A DNA stretch of 63,461 bases, filler included, from Intoshia linei (taxonomy: Eukaryota > Animalia > Orthonectida), in the NCBI GenBank assembly GCA_001642005.1. It is 8 parts of 8 records of this genome, joined end to end, with 100 filler letters (N's around TTAATTAATTAA, not from the genome) between each part and the next. Parts side by side here need not be neighbours in the genome. Positions count along the whole stretch, not along the records: positions 1 to 16,470 come from LWCA01000866.1; positions 16,571 to 19,987 come from LWCA01002097.1; positions 20,088 to 34,957 come from LWCA01000938.1; 5 more parts are not named here. The stretch is one strand, 5' to 3'. This document shows positions 12,773 to 24,409 of this stretch, piece by piece. The notes under the pieces are model-generated. The model had not been told where the DNA came from. It did no database searches and saw only the letters and a program-made list of their open reading frames with translations. The position numbers and the translations under genes are program-made. The number at the start of each line of letters is the position of its first letter. Positions within the stretch are counted from its first letter, which is position 1.

Positions 12773-13521
12773 CTTTAAATATTTCGATGCTTCCCATATA
12801 AGAAGACCTGGATCATCGACATGTTCAATAACTTCAGATAAAACAACAAAATCAAACAAATGATTATCCAATGATGGCAAAATCTTTGGTTTATCAATGT
12901 TTTGTTTAGATTTGACATGATTTAAATAAATTTTTAAAAAATTTTCAACTTTGGTATTAAAATATTGAGGTGAATTTATAAAAGTATCTAGAATGTGATT
13001 TTTTGCATTTTTTATTGCACTATCGTCACTATCAATACCAATTACATTTCCTCCTAGTCTTGCCAACGGCTAAAACACAATAAATGTTATGAACCCAATT
13101 AAATTGTCACTTTACCGTGAAAAACCAGTCAATTATTAAAAAAATAAAAATTCACCTCGGATAAGATTCCGGCACCACATCCAACATCTAAAATATTGAC
13201 ATTTTTCAAATCAGATGAAAAATTTTGTGATTTAATGGGATAAGATTCAGCCAGTTTAAATACTTCATTTTGTTTATCAAATGTAGAAGAATTTGCCAAT
13301 TGACGAATTAATCCAACTCGTAGTTTATTCATGGAATGTAAAGCCTTAAACTTACCATTCAAAGACCACCTAAAAAAGAAATGAATGGAAATTTTGATTA
13401 TTTACCATTCATTATTAGTAAAATTAAAATTATTCAATTGTGTAGCATTTAATTTATTCACATTAAACCTTTCAAGGATCCGGCAGCTAGTTTTGACACA
13501 TTTCTCTACAATTTTTTGCAT
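12773..13521 (-). CDS. COQ3: Ubiquinone biosynthesis O-methyltransferase, 5' three exons
   Basis: MQKIVEK...NNEW|WSLNGKFKALHSMNKLRV...ILDVGCGAGILSE|PLARLGGNVIGID...FDFVVLSEVIEHVDDP...YLK|gt. C-terminal exons not found. Confidence 0.9.
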
Positions 13522-13628
13522 ATTGAAATAAAATCTATTGGTAACTACAAAATGCACATCTCAAGTAATAAATATTTGTTTGTCTTATTTTCGTGACATT
13601 CACATTGTTTATAAATTATAATTAAAAC
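13522..13628. promoter_or_regulatory. Putative bidirectional promoter between COQ3 and SLC25A3
   Basis: Only 107 bp separate divergent ATGs at 13521(-) and 13629(+). Confidence 0.6.
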
Positions 13629-15254
13629 ATGCTACCAAATTTACTAGAAATAATTAAAAATACCAAATTATGTGCTCCCGTGTACGCCGAAGAATCAAAA
13701 AAAGGTACGAGCAAATGTAGACACTGATATTTTTATTTTTTAATAGTTTAACATTTAATGGAATTTATTTTTGAGACACCTCAGTTGTAGACATTTATTC
13801 ATTTTTGATGTAAATGCTAGTTTTCATTGTGCTCCATATCAGTATCAATATTTAAGATTTGTCCACTCTTTTTGGCCAGCTGTCAAACATTTATTAGCAA
13901 TTTTATGGCTTTAAATGATTTAATTGCGACTAATTGCGAATAGCTTGTTAAATTTATCATTTTAGGTGAATCTAATGTTTCAATTCCTAAAATATCCGAC
14001 TTAGCTAATGTTGCAGGTAAATTCATGTTTTTGGTTTTGCATGTCTGTATTTAGAAAACTACAGCTGTAAATTCGGAGACAGTAAATACTATGGACTATG
14101 TGGTATTGGAGGTATTTTAAGCTGTGGTTTAACTCACACAGCAGTTGTTCCTCTTGATTTGGTTAAATGTCGAATCCAAGTTAATCCTAATAAATATGGA
14201 AACATTTTTAATGGTTTAATTTTTAATTTATGATTCATTTTAATCTTTGATAGGTTTCAGAGTTAGTGTTCAAGAAGGCGGTGTACGATCTTTGGCTAGA
14301 GGATGGGCTCCCACTTTTATAGGATATTCTATGCAGGGTTTAGGAAAATTTGGTTTATATGAAGTTTTTAAATCTGTTTATTCAAGTATTCTTGGAGAGG
14401 TAACTAATTTGTATGATACTTTTTTATTTTACCTTTTAGGAAAAAAGTTATGTCTATAGAACTTCGTTGTATTTGGCATCCAGTGCCTCAGCTGAATTTT
14501 TTGCAGATATTTTACTTTGTCCTATGGAAGCTGTCAAAGTTAGAATTCAAACTATGCCAGGGTTCGCAACTACTTTACGTGAAGGTTTCCCAAAGTTAAT
14601 TCGAGCTGAAGGCGTGGCTGGGTAACTTTTTTTATTCAAACAGTTTCCAAAGGCGATATGTCGGTTGAGAGTTCTGGAACTGTAAACTTATTATTTAATG
14701 TTTATCTTTTGTGTAAAATAATTTAAATTTAGATTATATAAAGGACTTGCACCATTGTGGGCACGTCAAATTCCTTACACAATGATGAAATTTGCTTGTT
14801 TCGAACGAACCGTCGAATTTATATACAAAAATATTGTACCCAAACCAAGAAGTGATTGTTCCAAAGCAGAACAACTAACAGTTACATTTTCAGCCGGATA
14901 TATTGGTTAATTTTAAAATTTCATTATCAATGCCTTTAATTATTAATACCTATTTAGCTGGAGTTTTTTGTGCTATTGTATCTCATCCTGCCGATACTGT
15001 CGTTTCGAAATTAAACCAAAAGAAGGGTGGTTCAATCGTCAGTGTAGCAAAGGAGTTGGGCTTTAAAGGTTAATATATCATTCCTCATATTAAATTATTT
15101 GTACTGTTTAGCTATGTGGAAAGGACTTGGTCCTCGTATAATTATGATTGGTACACTAACAGCTCTTCAATGGTTTATTTATGATTCCTTCAAAGTTGCT
15201 ATGCGTTTGCCTAGACCGCCACCACCACAAATACCTGAAAGTCTTAAAAAATAA
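13629..15254 (+). CDS. SLC25A3: Mitochondrial phosphate carrier (complete, multi-exon)
   Basis: [41 protein letters not shown]; [24 protein letters not shown]; [25 protein letters not shown]; [19 protein letters not shown]; [37 protein letters not shown] (TAA 15252-15254). Confidence 0.97.
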
Positions 15255-16470
15255 TGTTAAATAATGAAATAAAATTTAATATATATGTTACCGTTTATTT
15301 AAAAAAGCCCTAATTAGTAGTACAGATTTTCAAGAATGATGCAGATCGCAAATTTCATTTTCCGAAATTTATTCAATCACCTTATTTTAAAAATAAACCA
15401 AGTCTTAAATCAAAAAAACATGTTTGGACACATTTGAAAATCTTTATTATTACATTTTAACAAAGGCAATCTGGGGTTTTGGTCGTTAAAATGTACTTTT
15501 TTGATGTTGCCATTTATTATAATGCTTATGATGTTAAAAACTCTCAGAATTTATGTTTTATAAATTTTAGGACACAATTTTGTAAACGTAAACACATTAT
15601 CAAAATCAAGGGAAATTTTACTAAATAACGTTAATTTTCCCCGATCCCCGAGCCGAACATTAATAAAATTCGCAAACGAATTGTAGTGGCATATAACCCT
15701 ATCCACCTCTCTAAAACTCTTGAGTTGACATTTTAAATTTAAAATACAAATTATTTATAATATTCAAGAATTTTTTAATGCTCAATTTAGCAAATTAATT
15801 CCTTTATTTAAAAAAATTTTCTTCAAGATCTCTCCGATGTCGAATTTCGAATATGGTAGGGTTGGCACTGTTAGTTTGAAATTAATAATATTGTAATAAT
15901 TTTTTTAATTACGCCATAGAAGCTACCACTTCAAAATTAATGTTAAATTTTAAGGAGGAATATATAATAAAAACATACAAGTGTTACATTAGTGACATTT
16001 TCAAGATTAAATCGATTTTTAAAAAAAATTAAGTGGTCCGCACACATCTTTTTTGGCAAGTAGTCTACGGTGAAAAAGGTTTTGGAACCACTGTTCCATA
16101 ATATGATGTGTTTCAAGAGAATTTCATATTAAACAACATTATTAACAAGGAAGGTATAGTAATTGATGCTGACTGAACAAATTACTGAACACAGTGAAGA
16201 AATTTTCGGTTTCTGAAGAATCAGACCAAATATCCTCAACACATGGAATTACGTACGCTGAGGCAATTATGCATATTCATAATCTCGAAAAATTTTTTAC
16301 TGAAATCATTTTTGAACAAATTGGTGAAATATTTGCTATAAAAGAAATTATATATACGAATTTAAAAAAAAGAAGAACCATCAAACATTAATTATATGGT
16401 TAGGAAGTAATAAAAATTATAATTTCATATTTTTCCTTATTTGATTCTATTTTTTTAATAGTGAACATGA

Positions 16471-16570
16471 NNNNNNNNNNNNNNNNNNNNNNNNNNNNNN
16501 NNNNNNNNNNNNNNTTAATTAATTAANNNNNNNNNNNNNNNNNNNNNNNNNNNNNNNNNNNNNNNNNNNN
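16471..16570. other. Artificial contig spacer; identical spacers at 19988-20087, 34958-35057, 36927-37026, 40155-40254, 51437-51536, 56019-56118
   Basis: 44 N + TTAATTAATTAA (stops in all six frames) + 44 N, seven times; genes break off at these points. Confidence 0.97.
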
Positions 16571-17051
16571 CTTTAGGGTACATTCATAACATCTGGCAAC
16601 TCTGTAATAAATATTAAAATTCTATACACCAATAGTTTAATTGATTCAGTTTCAGGTTCTATATTTGTTGTATGTATATCAGATTAATTTTATTACCTAT
16701 AATATCAATTATTTCCTCATCGCTTATTGACAGCGGGTCGAATTTTAATATAGATAATAAATAATTTATCAAAAAATTTGTAATTTGGTAAGTAATTTAG
16801 AAATTCGTTAAGAAATAAAATTTTGAAAGAAATAATAGGTATTTGTCATAAATTTAGTTTAATAAATATAATAACAGTAAATATAATTTAAATTAAACTT
16901 TAAATGGAATAATTTACAGGTAAAATTGCTATATTATGAAGTCTTGTATTGACTTCATTGATTGCAAACATGACTCGACTTTATGCAAACGTGACTTCAT
17001 TGTTGCAAACATGACTTGAAAGATCGTAAAACTCTATATATATGTAAGGAT

Positions 17052-17462
17052 TAGTGCTTCCGCAATAAATAATTGTTCATTTGTTTGTTCGTCAAACAAT
17101 TAATCGAACAACTCAAATTTATTTTGTACAGTATTACTTTATTTGTTGTTAGGTTATATTATTTTTTATGACATTTTTTGACACATATTTTCGTAAAACT
17201 AATACGGTATGTAACATAGAAACCAATAAAATTACTTTCTAGTTCAGTGACAATTATTTTTACATTAAGAGATGAATTGAAAGTCTAAAGCTTGGGAAAA
17301 TTTGAATAATTTAACTTGTATTGTATTTCCATTTTAAATTTATTTTAAATATAATAATTCCAAAATCAAAATCTTCTAAAATACAATTGATAAATAGAGC
17401 ATAACTTTATCATATTATTCGATTAATTGGTGAACAATCGATGAATAATTGCGGAAGCACTA
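17052..17462. mobile_element. hAT MITE with perfect 8-bp TSD
   Basis: TIRs TAGTGCTTCCGCAAT / ATTGCGGAAGCACTA; TSD GTAAGGAT at 17044-17051 and 17463-17470. Confidence 0.9.
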
Positions 17463-17774
17463 GTAAGGATGTATGTAAATAATAACACAAACTTAAAATA
17501 CTAATTTTTGATTTTCTTTGTACTTATCAAAATTATCCTAATTTTAATATTTCACATGTGTAATGGAAATATATAATATGTAATCATTACATACCATCCT
17601 AGATTATAAAAATCTTAAATCTTAATGTAAAACTACCCAATAAAATAAAAATAACTTTAAAATCAAATAAAAACTATGGATAAATAAAAAATAAAACGGA
17701 GCTTTATTGCATCTTTAAATTATATTTAAAAAACTAGAAATATTTATTATTAAAATAAAATTTCTAATTAATCA

Positions 17775-19798
17775 ATGGCGAAAAAACCGGCAGAATGGTG
17801 TTTAATGGAAAGCGATCCCGGTGTCTTTACCGAATTATTGAAAAACTTTGGTTTTTATATACACTTTATAACCTTTATTTTCTATTTTTTAATCATTGCA
17901 ATAATTTTGTTTATTTTTTAAATTTAGTTATTAACATGTAAAATTTTGATAATTTTTATTTTTTTAGGTGTAGAAGGTTTACAAATAGATGAACCATGGG
18001 AATTATCATATCAATGGTTTGAACAGACTAAGTATAATATATAATTTTAATTTTAAAATACAATTGTATCCACATTTAAATATTTATATAAATTGATAGA
18101 TATGTTTATGGAATTATTTTGCTATTTAAAATGGATTCAAATGAATTGGTGCATGGTGAATACGATAAAGTGCGCAAGGATATTTACTTCTCTAAACAGG
18201 TTTTTTTATCTGATTTTCTCTCTTTAAAATATTAGATTGCTCCGAATAGTTGCGCTACTATTGCACTTTTAAATATTGTCATGAATATAGATTGTGAAGA
18301 AATTGAAAAGGGCAAAATTGTCAACAATATCATGGATTTTACCAAAGAGTTTACCTCCCATGTATATTATATTTATTGATTGGTGCTACTGCATCGTTTA
18401 AAACAGTTTTTGATTGACGAAACTATATTATTCCTTGTGGATTGGGAAAAATTTTAAATATTACATTCTATTATTTTACAAACATCATGAAAATCTGAAT
18501 AATTTAATATATTCATTAAAAGGCTATTTATGAAAAAAATTTTCATCGAGAACAAAAACCCCATCAACTTTAATTTTACCTGCGAATCTATTTATTTTTA
18601 AAATTTAATTCAACAGAGTTAAATATTTTTACAAATTATTATTATTAAAAACACGTTTTAACGATAATATCGATCGATGCAATCGAAAAATTTTGTCAAA
18701 AATTGAAGTAACAAATTTATTTAGAGAAAATTGACTAATTAAAAAAATATTTTCAATTTTGGGGTCCACGACGTTTATTACTTTGTAAATCACTGATATA
18801 GATGGTTTAGAGTCTAAACTTTAGACCATGTACCGTACTAAACGCAACCAAAATTATAAAAACCTGTTTTATATATTATAGGTTCTTTATAAAAATGTAT
18901 ATTATATGATTTATAGGACCGAGGAGCCACTATTGCCGAGGCTGACGATATTAAAAAAATTCACAATAGCTTTTCTTCGTAATTTATTAGCATGTTAATT
19001 TTTTCAATGGATGTAGTCGCTTTTGACAAAGTTATATTTTTTGTGATTCGTGGGATTTATTACAAGTTAATATTTTATATTTTTACACTTATATATATAA
19101 CCGAATTATCAATTCACAAAATAGATGACATCAAAAAAGTATTTTCGTAAAATTAAATGTTATATAACTGAAATTTTGGTCAATTGATAAGTTTTTGAAG
19201 TTATTTCTACATATTAGTGGTTCTCAAAAATTAAAACCAACCACTAGCTAAATATGGGTATTTTAAACACTCATCCAAAGTTGACTACTATAATAAATTT
19301 TTTTTACCAACACTGAAATTTGATCAATTATAATTGATTATATAAAATTATACATCAGCTGTAAAATTATTAACGGCTATAGGGTAGTATTTCCCTTTGA
19401 GAAACACTGGTATAAGTGATGTACAATGTATATATAGTGACATTTTTTTACACATTGATGTGGATAAAGAAGATTATGAAGATGGCGATGATTTTCATTT
19501 CGTAGGATTTATTCCTATTGGTGGATATTTGTATGAATTGGATGGACTAAAACCATACCCTATTAATCACGGTAATTTATTTTTATTTTTATAGTAATTA
19601 TTGAACGTGTTTTTTATATAAATTTTTTTCAAAAATTGTTGAAATATTTATTCAAAATCACCAACGCGGACGGATTTGGTGTTTAGAACTACTGACATCA
19701 TAAATATATTAATGTACATTCTACTTTCTAGGTAAAATACCTGATGGTGAAATTTGGACTAATAAAGCTACAGATGTATTGAAAAAAAGAATGGAAAG
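17775..19798 (+). CDS. Ubiquitin C-terminal hydrolase, peptidase C12 (BAP1/UCHL5-type); 3' end lost at gap
   Basis: [26 protein letters not shown]...YGIILLFK...[17 protein letters not shown]...KIHNSFS...[27 protein letters not shown]...WTNKA. Catalytic Q/C/H/D present over seven exons. Confidence 0.9.
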
Positions 19799-20204
19799 GT
19801 TACATTTTTATTATTTCTGTTATAGTTAGGATGCCCGCTAATTAAAAGATTGAAAAGTATTGTCAGTATCATTAGTAGTTACAGTTGATTATTATTATAT
19901 TATATTTATTATTAATTTTTTGAAAATGAGTACAGGTTATTCTCGATATTTTGACAAAAATATTTGTTCAAATAATCGCGAATAACTNNNNNNNNNNNNN
20001 NNNNNNNNNNNNNNNNNNNNNNNNNNNNNNNTTAATTAATTAANNNNNNNNNNNNNNNNNNNNNNNNNNNNNNNNNNNNNNNNNNNNTAATCAGCTGTAA
20101 AGAAATGAAAAAAGATTTTCTGATGAACAAACAATGAATAATTCAATTGAAAACGTAAAGAATTTATACTAAAAAACAATTCAATTAATTTTTTTAATTT
20201 GATT

Positions 20205-20497
20205 AGAAATAACTAGTTACAATGTCATTGTCCAATTCTGACTGCACTGCATATGCATTCGTAGTGATAGGAATAATTTTATATGTTTTATTTGAATATG
20301 GCAGGTCGAAAGGTCGTTTTCGAGTCAATACATTTGTGTCATAATCTTTTTTAATGCTGATTCTGTTGTCACCTAAAAAGATTGTAAATTGAACTTATAA
20401 ATATAAACCGATATCGAACTTTTTTACATTTGCATTCGCATCACGAATCATTGTATCTATGTAATCAATCGTTTCACCCTCATGCTCATCCAATTCT
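20205..20497 (-). CDS. Two internal exons of an unidentified protein
   Basis: ag|ELDEHEGETIDYIDTMIRDANANVKKFDIG|gt...ag|DNRISIKKDYDTNVLTRKRPFDLPY...; phase-compatible ~37-nt intron; no family recognised. Confidence 0.4.
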
Positions 20498-20769
20498 GCA
20501 ATGTAAGTAAATAGATGTATTTTTTAAATAACACATGAAAAATTACGTATTAAAGCCCTGACATCACATAAACAAAGAAATGGGAGTTTTATGTGTCGAA
20601 CAATGTACAGTGATATTGTATTTTTGCACTACATCCACTAATACATCAATCCAACATTTATTTCCATCAACGTTTTTGCTAGCCATCTTTTTAAGGTTTG
20701 ATTCGTACTAAATGTAATAATATATGCAAGTATATCTAAACAAACCGCTCTATTTGTCCTTGTGACTGT

Positions 20770-21235
20770 GGATGTCAAGGTCTGGTCTACTCGATGGCTT
20801 CGGAATAGGCACCTCATCAGAGTGAGGCACCGGACGAATGGCTCATGCAATGTCATTAAGATAGATGATCTTCAAAGCATTTCGATTCGTATTCGTCGGT
20901 TTACCGACTCGACAAATGTAGCAGTCGGCACTGTGGTCTTTCTGCTCGCGCCATATCATCGGAATTCCAAAAGGTATCTTTTTCAGCTTGCCACGAAACC
21001 ACATGGACAAGCCACTGTAACATTGTTGGCAGAATCGCTTTGGCGCCCACGTCTTGTAGTCTTCTTAATCACCAATTTTACATGGCGGGAAATAAGCTGC
21101 ATACAACTGCTTCAACCTCGAGTTTGTTATAATCTTTTTAAGATCGCGTTCATTTTTGTACTCTCCGCAGATGTAGCAGAAGAACTTGGTGTATTTTATG
21201 CACTCACTTCGAATTCTACACGAGCTGATGTTCAC
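20770..21235 (-). mobile_element. Chapaev3 (CMC superfamily) transposase N-terminal fragment
   Basis: FFCYICGEY...AYFPPCKIGD*EDYKTWAPKRFCQQCYSGLSMWFRGKLKKIPFGIPMIWREQKDHSADCYIC...AIRPVPHSDEVPIP, the Cys-rich Chapaev3 pattern, with stops. Confidence 0.8.
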
Positions 21236-22329
21236 TCAATTTAGAAATGATTATAACGACACTTCTATGTAGAGCTCTGCTATATATCATATATTGTATT
21301 CCACTTATTAGCCAACGTAGTTTGTATTCAACTTGAATAAATTTGTTGCTTAGCAATCTATTTCTTTAGCCATCCATCCTATGTATCGATTGTGTCATGC
21401 ATTCACCACTGTTACACAGTCGGGATGGGTCATGCTTGTCGGTTTGTGATAAGTATGCATGCAGACAAACACAAACTTACATTAAACTCAATTTATCACT
21501 TCAATTTCAAAGTGTAGTTATAGTACTGAAATGATATTGATTTTCACTCTTTTAATGTTTACTTGGTAAGATGCCAGTAATCATAAAATCCCAATTACTC
21601 AACTCAATTTACTCAACATTATTAACTCGAAAACATTTATTTTTTATAAATTTTTAATTATTTACCTAAAATTTTTTATTTGAAAACCTGACCGGTGGGG
21701 GCAAAATGAATACCACCATCGTGTTCAGCACTCTCAAATTACCCAGAAACGCCATATCTCGTCCCAATAAAAAAATTTTTTCTCCATTTGTTGGTCAGTG
21801 TTATTAATTATATTTATGGTATCTGTAACTAACTCATCGTCATTGTACTTAAGTGACGCCCTATCTCGTAACACTTGGACTCGATGAATGGCTCGTTCGG
21901 GGACCTCATATGTCATGGTTACATTTAAAGGAGGCATGGAAGTATAAGCGTGTCTTTTCAAAAAGCATAAGCAAGTGCAGCAGATTTCATTTAGATATAG
22001 ATTCAGATTGGTGTAAAAAGAGTTGGACTGCTAAGTGTTCGATATTTCAGTTCTGTGATACCATTTAAATTGAGAAATTATTAATTAAAATTCACCTTCT
22101 TGAATCGCGTATATTCGGTTTTGTATTGTAAGTATGTGTGCTTTAGCTTCATATTATAGAAATTATTCATTTCGAACCAATACCATTGGTAGTGTAAAAT
22201 ATCTGAGAAGATCATGACTCAAGATCATCACTGTTATATTGTTATGGCTCTGATTCAATTTTTATCATCTCTTTCCAGCATTTATTGAGTGGTTTACTAT
22301 TAAAAATTTTATCCCAATTGAAATCTGCT

Positions 22330-22420
22330 GCACCTGAGTAACTTTGAATAACAATCAATTACATTCAAAATATATTTGTAGCCCCTATTGACACCTTGAT
22401 ACTCCTTGATCTTTGAGGTA
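22330..22420 (-). mobile_element. rve integrase fragment (Maverick/Polinton- or Ginger-like)
   Basis: EYQGVNRGYKYILNVIDCYSK resembles the N-x-GYKYIL-x-VID-x-FSK motif following the first catalytic Asp; the surroundings are decayed. Confidence 0.45.
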
Positions 22421-22971
22421 TTGCTGATCAATCGACTGTAACATTTTTTCCAGATAATTTGATTGTGAATAATTTGTTTTTAAATAATTTTGATTATGTT
22501 TACATAAATGTTTTCCAACTCATTTTGTTATTGCCCATTTTTAGAATTTTATTAAATATATTAGTTTTATCGCTCAGTAAAAATAAAATTTTAATTTCAA
22601 AATGTAACGTTATATATATTGTATGCACGATCAAATACATTTATTTTGTTATTTGCATGATCTTTTGCGCACATTTTTACATTGGTTGCCTATCACACAA
22701 ATCATTGATTCGTCCGAAAAAATAACCTATAAAATTACTAATTAAGTGGTTTCTTATTAATTAGTACAAAATTAATAAATATAATATAATACAATTTATT
22801 TTAAATTATTAATAAATAAAATTATTCCATTTATGTTCATTCCAATTTTCATGACCTTTTGCCCATAAAAACTTTGTTTTTTTTATTCTCTCAATAATAA
22901 TAGGTAGATATTTTATTGGATTAAATTAATTTATTATTATTATTCATCACATATTAATTTACTATTTATAG

Positions 22972-23180
22972 GTACAAAATTGGAAATAATTAGTGATCAA
23001 TCAAATGAAGGGTGTCAGTTTGTGAAAGGTAATTTATTCTACTTGTACATTGACTAACTTTAAATATTTTTAGGTTTTGGAGGAATTGGTGGATTGTTGC
23101 GTTATAAATTTGAAATTGATAGTGAACATATTCACGATTATGATGATGACGCTGATGATATAGATTTGGAAGATTATTAA
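22972..23180 (+). CDS. ETF1: Eukaryotic release factor 1, last two exons
   Basis: GTKLEIISDQSNEGCQFVKG|FGGIGGLLRYKFEIDSEHIHDYDDDADDIDLEDY*, the eRF1 C-terminus. Confidence 0.9.
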
Positions 23181-24409
23181 ATTTATGTTCAAAATTGTTT
23201 TGACCATAATTAAATTTTAATTTGTATTTTATCCATTAATTTTAAGTAAAAACGACCTTTACCTGAATTCCATTTAAAACCATAGTATTACTTTATTTGC
23301 TACTACTTTGCTTAATATTAACATTCGTAAAAACCACAATAATGAAGATAGAAATTATTTTAAAAAAATGTATAAGGTAAACAAACCAAAGGTACTAGAG
23401 CCATAGCAACGAAAATCAAAGTAATATTTTATTAAATTTAAAAAAATAAGTTTAATTTCAATTTTTCATTAATATTTTTGTATGAGAATTTTAAAATGGT
23501 ATACATACCTCGAATAGCCATTTTTTTTTAAAATTAATACAATTATTATATTGATATTTCATGAATACACCAAATCTACACTATATAGACCAGTGGTTCC
23601 CAAAAAAATATATTAACGACCCTCTAACAGTACAAATATTTTTAGAGAAGTAGAAATAGTGAATATGTTTATTATATTATTATAAAAGCTATTAAAAAAA
23701 TGTTATCTTTTAATATTACTGGTTTTATTTTCGTTATAAATCATATTTTAATATATGTGACACCTTAGTTACTAGGGTCTAGTATACAAATGATTGTTAG
23801 TTTTTGTTTATATACGTATTATTGTCTCTTAAGGTTTAATAACATTAAATTTATTATAATCCAAAATTATTTCGAATTTAAAGAATATATTAATTAAATA
23901 TTAAATCCAATTAATGTTAACGATTCTAATTTAATTTTCAAGTTTTTCTTTACTCTGCGGGCCCTCAGACTCTTTAGTTACCGCTGGTGGGCCCCAATTG
24001 GGAACTACAGATATATTTTATAGACGACAAAGAAATTTCCAAAGTTTCCAAAATATGTGACACCCTAATATACATTATAGAAACTATGATATTATACAAT
24101 ATATTTATGTATAATCATAAAATAATAATAATAAACATAATATTATTACACACTTAAATTTATTTTTAAGATTACTATAAATAAAATAAGATTAAATGAA
24201 TACCCCTACAATTAATTTACTAAACCTACAATTTTTAATCTTAACTTTAATTTTGAAACGAGTATTATGTATTAATAGTACAGTTAAAACATTAAACAAA
24301 GGAATGCATTTAAAAAAAACAAGTTTAAAAAATTGTCGAAATAATTATAAATTAAACTTGCACACATCTCGTATGAAAAAATGATATATGGATATTATCA
24401 AAAATGGTA

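Noticed and set aside
16471-16570. Recurrent TTAATTAATTAA palindrome inside N runs
   Set aside because: Identical 100-bp construct seven times with six-frame stops: an assembly linker. Gene adjacency across these spacers is not evidence.
16935-17020. CRISPR-like repeat-spacer pattern
   Set aside because: Units are only ~20 nt, there are no cas genes, and the context is eukaryotic.
20762-21244. 160-aa plus-strand ORF
   Set aside because: Antisense shadow of the Chapaev3 transposase fragment.
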